In this document: one piece after another, positions 46,903 through 61,200 of the stretch
Position numbering within the stretch: the first letter of the stretch is position 1
Layout of the letters: every line of letters starts with the position of its first letter
Assembly: GCA_025603075.1 (NCBI GenBank)
Contig: MU626294.1
Span: forward strand, 1 to 64,000
Direction of reading: 5' to 3'
DNA: 64,000 nt
From: Neoconidiobolus thromboides FSU 785
Taxonomy: Eukaryota; Fungi; Entomophthoromycota
The notes under the pieces: model-generated
Database searches by the model: none
What the model was told of the DNA's origin: nothing
The model's input: only the letters and a program-made list of their open reading frames with translations
Made by a program: the position numbers and the translations under genes

Positions 46903-47646
46903 ATGCTAAACTTAATAACAAAGTTCAATTTCAATAGTATAAAAACTTATACTAATCGTGCTTTATTTCACACTACAAATTTGGCTTTAAAAAACAAAGG
47001 TAAAATAATTATAGACAATATTGAAACTCATTTCAACCCAGAATTATAGATTACCCAGCGCGTCCAAAGCGCCCGGGGAATGCTTATACAATATTTGTAA
47101 GAGAAAATTTTCCAAAAACAGGGCGAGATAGTGGTATGAGTACAACACAAGTGATTAGTAATTTATCAGAAGAATGGAAGTCATTAGATAGTGGTAAAAA
47201 GGTACAATATGAAGAGAAATATCAAATGGAAGCTAAAGAGTATGAAAAAAGGTTAGAAGATTGGGAAAAGCAACTTACAAATGAGGAAAGGGAGGCTTAT
47301 AATCAAGATATTACAAAGAAAGGGCTAAAAGGTGGTCGTAAAATGAAAAAAGTCATCGATCATAATAAACCTAAGAAACCAGTCAATGCTTATTTATTGT
47401 TTTGTAAAGATAAAAGAAATGAAACTAATTATGAGTTTGGTCACTTAAGTATTGGTGAACAAGGTACTCAGCTTGGTAATTTATGGAAAACGATTGATAG
47501 TGAAACTAAACAGGTAAAATTAAATAATTTTATAAATAAATTAAATATTAATTATCATTATTATTAATTAGAAATATGTTTCACAATATAATAAAGAATC
47601 ACAACAATACAAAGAAGCTCTGGCTAAATACCATGAAGAAAATTAA
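46903..47646 (+). CDS. Tandem HMG-box protein with mitochondrial presequence (Abf2/TFAM-like); exons 46903-46999, 47050-47513, 47572-47646
   Basis: Presequence-like MLNLITKF..; box 1 PKRPGNAYTIFVREN..WK; box 2 PKKPVNAYLLFCKD..WK; introns restore the frame. Confidence 0.8.
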
Positions 47647-48407
47647 GAAATAAATGAAAGAAGAAATGAAATTATTACAGTTTATTTTATTAATTTATTG
47701 CTTGTTTTATTTGAAATGAGTAGTAACTATTGTATTGTTAATATAAAGTAATAGTGTATGATTTTAGAATGCATTAATATTTAGCCTTTGTAGATATTGC
47801 CTCATGCACGCATTTTGAAATTATTTTAATATTAAGTGTTAAAATAATAGTTCATTAGTGAAAAAAGGGCGGCTTTTTAGCTATTATAACATTTAGTAGC
47901 CTTTTATTATTATAGATTTTTAACAATGTAATAATTTTTTTGAAGAAATTTTAACATATAGTGATAAAATAAGTATATAAAAAATAGTATATAATTAAAT
48001 AATAAAGTGTATAAATAGAGTAAGTAAAACTATGTTCTAAAAATGCATTTGAAATAAGAATATTTAAATAACAGTTATTGGTTTAGAAAATATTATATTA
48101 TTTCAATTATTTGAGTCTGATGAATCAAGATAAATTGAAATTATAAAATCCTTCTTAGTTAATTTAACACTATAAAAAAATGATGTATATATGAATAATA
48201 AAATACAATAAAAAAATCAAAAATTAATAAAATTAGTAAAATTAAAAAGTTGAAAATTAACTAAAAAAGATTCTAAAATTGGAATTCATGCAGAAAAGCA
48301 TTAAACGCAATGTGATCCTAATTTCCACTCCATTGAAATTTATTTATATTGCAAAGTTTTATTAAATTATATATTTTTAAAGCAATTTTAATTTATTAAT
48401 TTATTTT

Positions 48408-51400
48408 ATGTATCTATCAGCAGCTATGCCGAACCCCAAAATGTCACTACATAGTGATAATTTAGTGGAAAAAAACCGAAATGAAGATATTAATACAATG
48501 AGTTATAAATTGTTAAATAATAATGGATTGGAAAGTAAATTAGATACTGAACGGATAAAAAGCAATATGGTAGAAGAAGAGGCTAAGCAAGTGGATGACA
48601 TTAAATTAAATATGGACATTGATAACAGTAATAATAATGGTAGTTTATTTACTAGTCCACAGTTTATACCAACTTCGCCAAGCTATTTTAATAACCCACC
48701 AAATAAGCTACCACACCCAAAAGTGTTAAATTCTAATGAAGAAAGTTCATGTATGAATTCAAATGATACGATTGACAATTTAAGCCCATCTAATTGGGAT
48801 TTAAAAAGGACAATCCAATGGTTGGAAAACAATCAATTGGAGGATTTTATTGAATTATTTCAAGGTAATCAAGATTTATTATTAATTAAGCCATAGTTTA
48901 TTTTATTTAGAACATAAAATATTCGGAGCCATGTTTTTGAATTTAAATCATAAAGTATTAAGGGCCTATGATGTACAAAGTTACAAAGATCGTTCAAGGT
49001 TATTAAAAACAATGCGTAAACAGTTTACCATGTTGGAAAAATTAACTATTAAAGTAATTTATAATAGATTTATTGTTGATTGATTTATTGACTTTAAATA
49101 GACTGATATCAATGATATTTATAAACCAAATGATGGTATGAAAACGCCTTTATCAATGGCTAACTGTTCTTTTATTGATTCTAAAATTAGTTCACCTTCT
49201 AGTCTTAAAGTGGCACCATCTCCTATAGTTGATAGTTTTATGGAAGGTAAATTTATATGATACTCTTATATAACTAAAACTTAATTATTTTAAAGACCCA
49301 TTATTAGAAGATACATTAGAAGATAGTTTTGAAACAAAATTAACATTAAGGGAAATTAAAGAAGAAGTACTAATGGAACAAATTAGTTTACAGGAAGAAA
49401 TGGAGGGGTTTGATAGTCCATTGAATGTTATTGATACACCTGGATTACCATTATTAGAAAAAAATCATGATACTTCATTAGAAAATGATGAAATTTATTC
49501 AATTATTTCTACATATGCTGATGAACCTGAATCTGATAAAGAAAATGATAATGATAATATAAATAATCAATCAGTTTATAATATAGATCAAAAATTATTT
49601 AAACAAGATAACATATTAAATCAAGATAACGAAAATAATAATACTAATAGTAATAAATTTAACAATACAATAGAAATCCCTAACAACGATAATATTTTAC
49701 TTAATGATACATTAACATTAGTAACTTCACCTCCAATATCAATAAATTCTGAAGATATAATATCAACAAATAAAACTATTGAAAATCATTCAATAAAAAG
49801 TTTATCTCAGCCAATTATTAATCCAAGGAAAGAATCAATGATTAATTTAGAAATGAATTGGAGATCAAATCCACACAACATAACAAATATAATATCACAA
49901 GATTCTAATATTAATACAAGAAATACTAAAAGAGATGGGATGTTATCAGCACAGAGGAGATCTTCATTATTTTATGATAATATTAACACACCTTATTCTA
50001 CTGTGGGAAATATTAGTCCAAAAGATTCACAATTTAAATTTCCAGTTAAAAATTTAACTTTACCTTCACCTTCACCTTCACTTTCACCCTCAAGTCCTTC
50101 TTCAATTGTATTAACACCAAGACAATCTTCTAAGCCAGAAAATATACCACCTCATTTATTAATTACATCATCAACTAATAATAATAATAAAGTATTACCA
50201 CCACCAGCTATAACACAATCACCAACACATACTAATAAAAAGCCTAATTCGCCTAAAAAAGTAAATAGTCCAGATTCTAATTTTTTTAGTCATTTGTTAC
50301 CTGGGTTTTTGAATCCATTTTCTAAACATTCTAGAAAATTATCGTGTCCTGTAAGTCTAATTATTTGGTTTAACAATAACTTTTAAATATTAAATACTTT
50401 ATTTTTATTTTAGGAAGACCTTAAATTTGATGAGAATGTAAGTTTATATGTTTTAGTTAAGTTTATAAAATAAAATACTAACTCTATAATATAATAGCAA
50501 GTCATCCAAGTTTCTATGGATACAGGTAGCAGTTATAGTGTAAATATAGGTGGTTGTAAAACAACAGAAGAAATCTATCATAAAATATTAGAAACAGTTG
50601 GTCAAGATAATGATTCTTCTTATCAAATTGAAGAATTCTTAGAAGACGGATCAACTCGTACTGTTTCACCACGATATTTAATGTTATTGTGCTCCAAAAC
50701 AGATAATAAAGGCTATATTAAATTAAGACTTTCAAGAGTACCACATAGGAAGTATCATAGTGAAGGTAATATAATATAACATAGCATATCATTTAGTTTA
50801 AAATAATAATAACAATAATAATATAGGTAAAAAATCCCAACATTTTGAACCATTAAAACCAATTGTTAAGAATATGAAAAAAATTGAAAAAGATGTTAAT
50901 GAAGATAAAAATATAAAAAATGAAATTACACAAGAACCTGAGAACAATAATAGTAGCAATAATAAAGAAGAAGAAACAGAAGAAGAACTACCTTCATGGG
51001 CCAAACTATGGGGAGATCGACCCAGTCCAGATGTTATTTCAACAAATTTAGATCAATTTTTTCCGGATCATGATCTAGACAAACCAATAATTGAAGATGT
51101 TAATTTAATTGAAGCAGAAAATGAAGTTAAAAAATTTAATTTACAAGAAAATAATTTGGGTAGAAAGAAAAGTATACGTATGATAGTACAAGAAAATCAA
51201 TTAAAACGTAAATCAAGCTTAAATTTATCTAGAAGATCAACAAAACTTTGGGGTTCTAGAATTATGCAATTAGATGACAATGTAGAAGATTTAAAGAAAG
51301 AATTACTGAGAAAAAAAATTATTGAAAATGATAGATTAGAAAAAGAAAAAGAAAAAGAAAAAGAAAAAGAAAAAGAAATGGCAACTAATAACAATAATAA

Positions 51401-52505
51401 TGATAATGAAATTAACGATAATAATAGTAAAGATAAAGAAGATGTTATTATTGATAATTATCCATCTGAGTTATTAATGTTAGAAAAAAGATCAAGTAAT
51501 CAAATTCAATGGATTAAAGGTAAAATGATAGGAAAAGGTTCTTTTGGTAAAGTATTTCATGCTTTAAATGCATTCAATGGTGAAGTAATAGCAGTAAAAG
51601 TCATTGAATTACCAAGCGAAAAAAGTATGGGTAAAAAAAGAAAACAAATTATTGCCGATTTATATAGTGAAATCGAATTGTTAAAAGATTTAGATCATGA
51701 TCATGTAGTACAATATTTAGGATTTGAAGCCAACCTAAATGCAGTTAATATATTTTTAGAATATGTATCAGGTGGATCTATTATGTCTATTTTAAATAGA
51801 GAAGGGGCATTTGAAGAAGCGTACTCAGCATCATTATTAAGGCAGATCCTCAAAGGTCTAGATTATTTACATAAAAAAAATATACTACATAGGGATATTA
51901 AATCGGCAAATATATTAATTAATAATGAAGGGGTTTGTAAAATTTCGGATTTTGGAATATCTAAGAAATCGGATTATTCCTTGGCATATAAATGTAATTC
52001 TAGAATGTCATTTAAAGGTTCTGTATTTTGGATGGCACCCGAAGTAGTTAAAGCTCAAGGCTATAGCGCTAAAGTGGATATTTGGTAAGAATATCAATTC
52101 AGTTATTTTTTGAAAATTAAGAAATTAATTTTTTTTAAAATAGGAGTGTTGGATGTTTATTGATTGAAATGGTCACTGGTAAAAGACCTTGGAAAGATTT
52201 AAATGAGTTAGCGGCTGTTTATAGGGTAATAATAATAGTTATTTAAAAAAATAACAATCAATTAATTAATATATTATATTAGCTTGGTAAATTAACTGAT
52301 GAATCAGCTCCACCAATACCCGAAAATCTAACCAAAGATTGTGAAACTTTTTTAAAACAATGTTTTATTGTGTAATTATTTTATTTAATACTTTAAAGTT
52401 TTCATTATATTAACTTTTTTGACTAGTCAACCGGATTTAAGACCAACGGCAGAGGAACTATTACTACATCCATTTTGTGCTAGGCCAGTTAAAAGGAATA
52501 GTTAA
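48408..52505 (+). CDS. BCK1: MAP kinase kinase kinase, Bck1/Mkh1 type (multi-exon)
   Basis: N-terminal SAM-like segment; WGDRPSPDVISTNLDQFFPDHDLDKP motif typical of Bck1; kinase GKGSFGKV, HRDIK, DFG, GSVFWMAPE; final stop TAA 52503-52505. Start 48408 or 48427. Confidence 0.85.
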
Positions 52506-52933
52506 AACAAAAGGAGGATTAAATTTATTAGGTTAGAAAGAAGAGGAGAAAAGAAAGAAAGGGGAAGGTGAAGGAAGGTGAGAAAAGTGAGTAGTAATTT
52601 GAGTCAATAGTCTAATATAAAAAAATATTTATTTTTTAAACAAAAAAATCATTCTACAAGGAAAGGCAGCAGTTTTTAACTTCTTTTTTCATTTTTTGTT
52701 GTTTTTGTTGGTCAACAATTTGATTTACAACTTATTTAATTGATTTAGGTTGCTTTTCAATGCATTCTCTTATTTTTTTAAAGATGCAATCATTTATCTC
52801 CTCACTTTAATTATTATAGCATATTATTTGTATCCTTAGTTGTATTAATGTTATAATTAAATTATATAATTAAATAAAATATACAAAAAAAATACAATCA
52901 TTTTTAAAAAAAGATAAATTCAATTTATTTCAT

Positions 52934-55315
52934 TTATAATAAACTTTTCAACTTATTTAAATAACCAGCAGTATTGTTAATAGTTACTTTAGGCACAGAT
53001 TCCAAATCAATTATTGAATGATTAGCCAAAGTTTCAATAATTTGGGAGTAATGAGATTTTAAATGAGATCGTTTAAATCGATGACTATAATAATAAAAAC
53101 ATAAACTTGATTTTATGATAATAGACTATAAAAACTTACTTAACCGTTACAAACTCCTGGTTACTTGAAAAAGGAGTCAATACAAATTCAAAATTCTTTA
53201 CCATTTCATCCTCTACTAGTATTTTTAGACTTTTTTGTTGTCGATTAAGTTCATTTAAAAAACCCTGTTTAAAACTCTTATCCCCACATAATCCCATTAA
53301 CTCTTCATTTAATATAACCCTTTCTAAATGATAACTAGCCCAACCTAAAAAATGATCTAAATTTGGATAGATAATGGCAATGACATTAGTAGCTTGATTT
53401 AAAGTCAATGTGGGTACATAGATCTCTTCTATAAGAGAAAGTTTCTTATATGCACTCTCAATTTTCTCTGGAGTGATATAAATACCTAAAAGAAAATAGT
53501 TAAAATTGAAATAATAAAGTCAGAAAACTTTAATTTACCTTCCTTCAACTTAAAAAAATTGGCTTTTCTATCAATTATAGTAAATATCCCATTATTCCTA
53601 TCCAAACTGCCAATATCTCCGGTAGGATACCAACCTTGTTTTGTTAAAGGACTTTTGCTCTCCCCGTAATACCCTAAAAATAAATGTGGTCCTTTTAAAT
53701 ATATTTCTCCTCTTGGACATGGTTCATCAGTGATGGAATATTCTAGTTCAGCACAATTCACTAATTTAGCCATAGTCAAGGGAACTACCCCACCTACTCC
53801 ATAACCATGTTCATCGGGGGAGGTACGAAAACCTTGTCCAGTAGTTTCAGTTAGACCGTAACCTAGAAATGAGGATTAATACCAACTATTATATGTTATT
53901 TTTATCTAACTTACTTTGTATAATTGGTACATTAAATAATAACTTTAATAAATAGAATTTATTTTTGTAAATCGAATAATTAAATGAAGTAATCAACCTT
54001 AACTGTTCTCCTATCAATTGTTGAATACTTAGAAATACTCTCCTTAATTCATCATCGATAACAATATTCTCTAACTCATCCTCATTTAAACTTAACACTT
54101 CCATTAATTTATTTAATTCAAATTTCATACCATTTTCATTTACTTTAGAATATATTAGCTGTAACAATTGTTTCATTAATCCATCAGATAAATGAATTTG
54201 ATTTGGTTTCCATTTAACTATCTCCTCCAATAACCCACTCTCCTTTTCCCCAGTTGTACAAAATAATAATGTTTGTCCTTTGATTAATGATAGATAAGCA
54301 TGTACTCTTATTGGTAACTGTGAATAACTCAAATATTCCATAGATTTCATATTTTCCATATTCAAAAATGAAAAAGCCAATTCGGAATTAAACAAAGCAC
54401 ATGTTAAGTTTTGATTACTTAATAGGACTCCTTTGGGTAAACTGGTAGTACCACTTGTATATGCAATAGTACTAATGGTATCACTAGAAATTGATTTAGG
54501 AATTAAATACATTAATCCAATGCCTGCTTGTTTAGTTCCTAATTCGTAGATTTTCTCAATATTGATGACTTGAAATGGATACTCTTGTGTAACTTCATCC
54601 TCCCTTACCTCCTTCTCATCACCCAATATAAAACATTCCAAATATTTTAGCTTATCTTTAATCTTAATTAATTCCTTCAACAATATTTTACCACCTACTA
54701 ATACTTTAAGTTTGGTTTGATTTAAACCATGGATTAAATTTTCCATTGTAAAGTTTTCATTAAATACTACAGAAATGATAGAAAAGCCTTGACAAGCTAA
54801 GTCAATTATTAACCAGTCAGGGGAGCTGGAGAGACACAAACCAAGCATGGGTGGGGAGGAGGGGGTCGACTTGGAGCTTGAAGCTGTGAAGAGTTTTTTA
54901 TAACCTAAACCAAATTTTAAGATTTGTTTTAATAGTTGATCAGCGGTTAGTTTAGAAGTAGATAGTTGGATTGCAATTTTGGAAGGGTTAGCTAAGGCAT
55001 CTAAAGTAGAGAAATGAATTAATAAATACAAGTTTTTTATTTAATTAATTTGATTTGATTTCAAAAATAATATAAAACTAGATGTTACTTACATTTACAA
55101 AAAGCTTCAAATGGAGAATTATAATACATTGAGGGTAACAATAGATCCTCTTGCGGAAATAAAGAGGAGATGTAACTGACTGTGGTAAGTGAAATTAAAT
55201 TAAATTTATTAAGGTTATACTTGTAAAATCATTATTATTAATAGTTACCACTACTATCTTTTGTAGCTGTTCCTTCGATAGATAGTGAGCGAGGAGTTGA
55301 ATTTTGGGCCTTCAT
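52934..55315 (-). CDS. Long-chain acyl-CoA synthetase (AMP-binding), divergent (multi-exon)
   Basis: YTSGTTSLPKGV P-loop, GYGLTET, PRGEIYLKGP, GWYPTGDIG and IIDRK motifs; start ATG 55315 and introns inferred by splice-site reading. Confidence 0.8.
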
Positions 55316-56209
55316 GAGAATCATCCTTGTGTTGTTTGCGTTTTATAGAAAGTGCCAATGTTTTTTATATAAACTTGATTTCTTTTCGTTAAATTTTTTT
55401 ATAAAATGCATTTTTAACAGTTTAAATTTATCGCCTTTATTAAATTCGAATTTAAATCAACTAATTACTGTTTTTGGAAAATTGCCAAATTTTGATGACT
55501 TAGTCAAAAATCAACTTTTTTTGATAAGATTTTTTTTGAAATCTCAATTCTGATGAATCTCTGTATTTTTATATTTTTAATCTTGCATATATTTTTTAAC
55601 AGAAATAACATAAGATTAAATTGCTGAGTTAAGAGGAGAGGGGTAAGTTAATAAGCTTAATAAATTATTTTCATTATTACGATTAAGAAATTAAAATTAG
55701 ATTAAATTTAATATATTAATTTAAATATCAAAATAAATATGAAACAATGTTATTTAATTATATTAAATTTTATTAAGTTTTATTTCTATCTTTCGTATAA
55801 TTAAATAAATCTCTTATTAGGAATAGTTTTTTATAAATTTATAAAGTTTAAGGAGAAGTAATATTTTGTTAAGATCAAGAAGTAAACCAGTATAATAAAA
55901 ACATGAAAAATAAACAAAAGAGGGGGATTCAAGTTCAATATGTGATTAAAAATTCAATTAAAACATTAAAAAAATAAAACGATAGAAACCTTATATTTTA
56001 ATATAATATTATTTTCCCATGTTAGTTGCTACACTACCATAGAAAAAAGTGACTAAATTTTATTTGCAGAAAAATAAGAGTAAATAAACAAGGGCTTAAG
56101 CCTTTTTAAAAAAAGTGAAAGCACTAAAAAAGAGTGACCATTAAAATAGAATAATAGAATACGGAAAACTATACAATAGAATTAGTAAGTGGGCAATTGG
56201 CTTAATAAA

Positions 56210-56989
56210 TTAAACCCCTTGTCCTTGGAACTTAGTATTCCTTTCCATTTCAATTTGAGTTTCACTTTGACAACTCGAATATCGATTATTATTCTCCATC
56301 TTATTGTAATTGTCTGATTGTAAGGTACTCTCATACATATTAGCATCCAAAGCAGCGACTTCAGCATGGGATGATGGAGTAGATTCAGCCGATAAGGTAT
56401 CTGAACTAAGCTCTAAATTAGGCAATGGCATTGGAGGCATTGTGAATCTAGGCCCTTCAAACAATTGTTGAGGTGGTAAATAAGATAAATTACTGTTAAT
56501 TAATTGATCACCATAATACTGTAATTCTTCTAATGTAATAGTAATATCAAAATTTAAACTAATTAATAATTCCAATTCTAGATGATTTAATTCCATGACG
56601 GAGATACCACCTACTTTAGCATATCTTGAATTGGTAAAGAACACATCAGAATAATATTTAGAAGAGACCATGATAGAAGTAATAATTAGTCGATGAATAG
56701 AATAAGCATCTACTGTGAAGTTGTATGAGAATTTGTTTTCCATATTAAGTTTAATGATACGATGTAAATAAATAATCATAGCTAAATAACTTTCATTGGA
56801 AGTTGGACAATATCTTTGTATACGTATCAAATAACTGGTGATATCAATATTAGGTACGGAACGTGCATGAAAAGTGGTATAACCAGAATTCTCTTGAATA
56901 CTGTTTAAATCAGATAACTGAGTTATGTAACTGGCCACCATATTGATAGTGTCTGTAATGTCGTGAGTACCGAGATCAAATGACTTCAT
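56210..56989 (-). CDS. Pho80/Pcl-family cyclin
   Basis: FHARSVPNIDITSYL.RI, HRLIITSIMVSSKYYSD, YAKVGGI..ELN.LELE motifs. Confidence 0.92.
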   Translation of the reverse strand: MKSFDLGTHDITDTINMVASYITQLSDLNSIQENSGYTTFHARSVPNIDITSYLIRIQRYCPTSNESYLAMIIYLHRIIKLNMENKFSYNFTVDAYSIHRLIITSIMVSSKYYSDVFFTNSRYAKVGGISVMELNHLELELLISLNFDITITLEELQYYGDQLINSNLSYLPPQQLFEGPRFTMPPMPLPNLELSSDTLSAESTPSSHAEVAALDANMYESTLQSDNYNKMENNNRYSSCQSETQIEMERNTKFQGQGV

Positions 56990-58559
56990 TATTGAATTAT
57001 TATTATTTTTTGAAAAAATTAAGAAAAAGAAAGTTGGTGGGGAAAATATTAGAATTAAAAGTTAAGGTACTTAAGACTTAGAATTTTATAACTTGGATGC
57101 GTAGTTATAAAACTTGGATTATTGGTAAAGTAAGGATTGAAAACTTAAAATCCTAGAGAAATTGGGGGGGTTGATTTAAAAAACTAGGGCTGAAAACGAG
57201 AAACAATTTATTACGAAATAGAAATAGCTAAGTTGACGTTGTTATTGTTTTAAATATAAAATACTTGTTATTTTTTTTAAATATAAAATAAAAAATAGAT
57301 TATAAAAATGATTAAATTTTCTGACAAAAATTAGTACTTTGAGTTGTTTATATACTCATTTAGTTCGTACAACTAAGTGTCCCATTTCCCCATTCCAATA
57401 TAGAGCCATATATATTCCTTACTATCTTATCATTGGCTATTGAATGTTCTAACAAAAAATTAGAATAAAGTGTCATATTCTTTGAAATTTATTCTATCCT
57501 CAGGTTATTTTTACTATTTTAAATGTTCAAGCCACTTTTATGAGGTAATATTAAAATTATGAACGAAGATTAGAATTTTAATTTATTCGAATAAAGCTTT
57601 TTATTCTTTACAAATTAGAAATTTTAACTGAATACTGGAATTTTAGTAAATAAAAAAACAAAGGCTTATCCAATAAAACTTCATGCCAGCTATTATTAGC
57701 TTCACCATAATTTTAGATTTTATTTTATTAACTTGCTACTTGTCTACCTTTAGTTGGCTATGCTTATCGCAACGCCCCATTGTTATTAAAAATAATTTAT
57801 ATAAACCCACTGGTTAATGGAGTTGTTTATCTAGAATTAATATTTAGGTTAAATCAATACATTTAAAAATGTAATATTATATAATAGTTGTAATAGTAAT
57901 ATTATTATATAAAAAGTTCGCTTAAATGAAAACATTCAAGTATTAATTTGAGAGTAATACGATAACTTGGAATAAAGTGAATGGAAATATAAAATCATTA
58001 AAAATAAAGAATAAAATTAAATTAAATTATTAACAAAATAAAAAAATTGAAGATATTTGGTAGTATAAAAGAATACTTTATAATCGCTCTCTGCTTTTTT
58101 TATTGTTACAATTTACTTATTTATTGAACTTATCTATTAGTTTTGTGTAACAACTTAATACTTACTTTTAGCAATTGAGGTGGTGCTTGAATTATCAATT
58201 GTTAGGAAATGAAAGGTACTCATAATTAATTTAAACTTATTATTATTGTTGGATAGTTGACTGTTAATTTTTTTACATTACTTTAAGTCCCCTAAAAAGC
58301 TTGTTTAAAACTAATCAAACTTTAATTATAAAAGAGTATTAGCTTTTCAATTTTTGAAATAGTCAACACACCCGTAAAGCGATTTAAAATAAAGCATTTA
58401 GAGATTATAGATGAACAAATTCACATTTTTTCATACTTTATTCAAACCAATTTTTATTCATTAAACAAACATTCTATAATTTAAATAAAATATTAGAATT
58501 TAAAAGCTAATTTATTTCAAATATTCCAATTTCACGGAAATATTTCACTTGATTAATGT

Positions 58560-61200
58560 TTATTTTATAATGACAACTTTACATGAAGTTTATATTGCGT
58601 GGTATTAAAGATTAGCGGGTGATATTAGAAAAATAGAATCTTTTTTACTTCGAAACATAAGTAGCACTATCATGCAATTGGTAGATGATCTCATCTTCGA
58701 TATATAAAGGATGATCTCAAATAACATTTATTTTTTCCGATTTAGCCTGCAATTGTAATGTATTGATTTTCATTTATGCTTTTTTCTAACAGAATAAAAA
58801 GTTTTATTTGCATTTTATTCTAGATGTTTGAATATTTTAATGTATATTATCTGCTTTAAAGTGGACATTATTCGTAACTTTATAAAATAAACGGGTTATT
58901 GTGTTAAGCAGAGAGTTTGTTAATTTAATTGATATCATTGTATCATAGTTTAAATAACTTTTAGCTACTTTCCGTTGAACTTTAAATAGCTTGTTTGCTT
59001 TTTATTCTTAGATTCTTTTTATAATTTAATAAATGAATATCAAATCTAAAAATAAGATTAAGTTTACATTTGTATAATAAATAGATAATTATTATTTATA
59101 TGAACAATAATTCTTTTGAAAGATATGTAGCTAATGACGTGTTTATTGTAAACAATGATAGCTTTATGTATAGAAATGACATTAATTTGATATTAAACGT
59201 TACATTTTCGATGACTCTGGATGATTTTTTCATACGAAATGGAGGCGTTTTTTTGGTCTTAGCACTTTTATATCTTTTAGCACCATTTGAGCAGGAAAAT
59301 TGTTAGTAAAATTCTTACACAAAAATATATCCTCAAATGTAAATCCTTTATTTAAAGATTCCCACATATTTCTGAACCACCAATTCACTTTTTTGTTAAT
59401 ATAAAAAACTCCACTTATAAATAATAAAATAACGAAATTATTCCAAAAAGTCAATATGCTATTTAGTTTATGCTACCAACTTTAATAAATTAAATGGTAT
59501 CAACCCTAATCTCATGTCAATAGAGTGAGGTAAGGAAGGAAAGACTGATCTTTCATGTAGATTATAGTTTATGTTATCGCAGATGATCAGCTTCAACAGA
59601 TCTCAAAATATATACTTACGATCTTTGAAATCTAATGTGTGATTTTATTACGATATTTTATAATTTAATGTGATTTTATTGCTCTAGAATAAGGCACACT
59701 TATTCTGTTCTACAGCTTGAGTAATATATTATTGTAATCTAGAATAAACAAGATATTTTTTGGACATTCACACGAGAAAGCGGACAATTTATAAGAAAAC
59801 AGGCGATCATTTGAAGGTTTGACAGCTTTTTTGTTAAAAATGAATATTTCTTTAAAAAACTGTTGCCTACTTTTTTATTGTTGAGGCTACTTTTGTTAAT
59901 TATGAGTATAGCTTATTATTCATAGAGTAAACGTACTGTTTAATTTATGGTATCACCCTCAATAAATTAAATGATATCAGCATCTATCTCATACCAATAG
60001 AACGAAATAAAATTAATCGATCTTTCCTGATAAATGTATAGTGATATTACCATCGATATCATATCTGTATAGATACCAAAATGATCTCAGTTTCAATTTG
60101 TTTTTATGACTGAAGTCAAATTCAAAATGATATTTTAATTATACTTTATTTTAACTCTAGAATAAAAGGTTTTATTTTTACTTTTACCTTTATTCTCTTC
60201 CACAGTTTAATACAGAAAAAATGATCTAAAATCAATTTGGTTTTTTTTTAAAATCTTGAAAAGGTGAAAATGAAGCAAATTTTTATTATTGAAGGTGAAA
60301 GAGAATTGTGTCTTTGTTATTTTTACAAAAGAAATATATAATTCTGAGTTAGCAGGTGATGATTGATATTAAAAGTAATAATGTTGGGTTACTATAAGAT
60401 AGCACTGGAACTATAGCTGTAGCTTTGGATTGTTTTTATCATGGGAAGGGAATTTCTTTCAAAATTATTCATTAATTATTTAATTATTTAAGTCACTTTT
60501 ATTAATAATAAATGTAACGAAATTGTTCACAAAAGAGTAGCTATCTTATTTTATAGTGACAACTTTTCGTAAATCAAACAATATCAACTTTCATCTTATG
60601 ACTATAGTGAAAATGAAAATAAAAATAAAAAAGCTGTCTCTTCTGATAAAAATACGCTAACATTACCGTAGATGACCTCACTAGCAAATAAAATACTATT
60701 TCAATCTACAATATATTTTTTATGATGTTTTAGAATCTAATGCGCGATTCTTTTACTCTAGAATAAAAAATATTTATTTTTACTTTTATTCTCTTCTACA
60801 TATTAATATTGAAGATATTATCTAAAATAAATCGGGTCTTTTTTGTTTTTACAAAAGAAATGGGTAATTCTAAGTTAATCAATGAAGCTTGATATTAGAA
60901 ATGACAATGTCAAAAATGAAGCAGTATTGAAACTACCAACTTAAACTCTATTTATTGAAAGCGACTGTTTTATTAAATTATTATAAAAGAATATAACATA
61001 ATACTCAAGTTATGGTGACAACTTTATTAACTATGATATCAATCTTGATTTTATGTCAGTGAGAAAAAATCCCAGTCAATGGACCTTTTATGGTAAGGGC
61101 ATATCGATTTTCATATTAATGATCTCATCCTCTATAGAAAGGAAAAGGCAACTTTATTGTTAAAAGTATGATGATTTTACTATAGATGACTTTATCCACA
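58560..61200. repeat. Degenerate tandem array, about 5-6 units of roughly 450-600 bp
   Basis: Ordered motifs recur: GACAACTTT-like (58571, 59155, 59495, 59948, 60557, 61015), GATGATCTCA-like (58684, 59582, 60081, 60671, 61119), CTCTAGAATAA-like (58786, 59682, 60155, 60756). Confidence 0.65.
59241..59334 (+). mobile_element. MITE family copy 14
   Basis: Consensus match; AAAT on both sides (59237-59240, 59335-59338). Confidence 0.82.

Noticed and set aside
39870-51420. (AAT)n tracts and EK, DK and poly-Asn runs
   Set aside because: Ordinary slippage repeats in an AT-rich genome.
19686-59454. Track ORFs at 19686-19913, 29158-29346 and 59230-59454
   Set aside because: They are largely read-throughs of the MITE sequence, which explains their mutual similarity.
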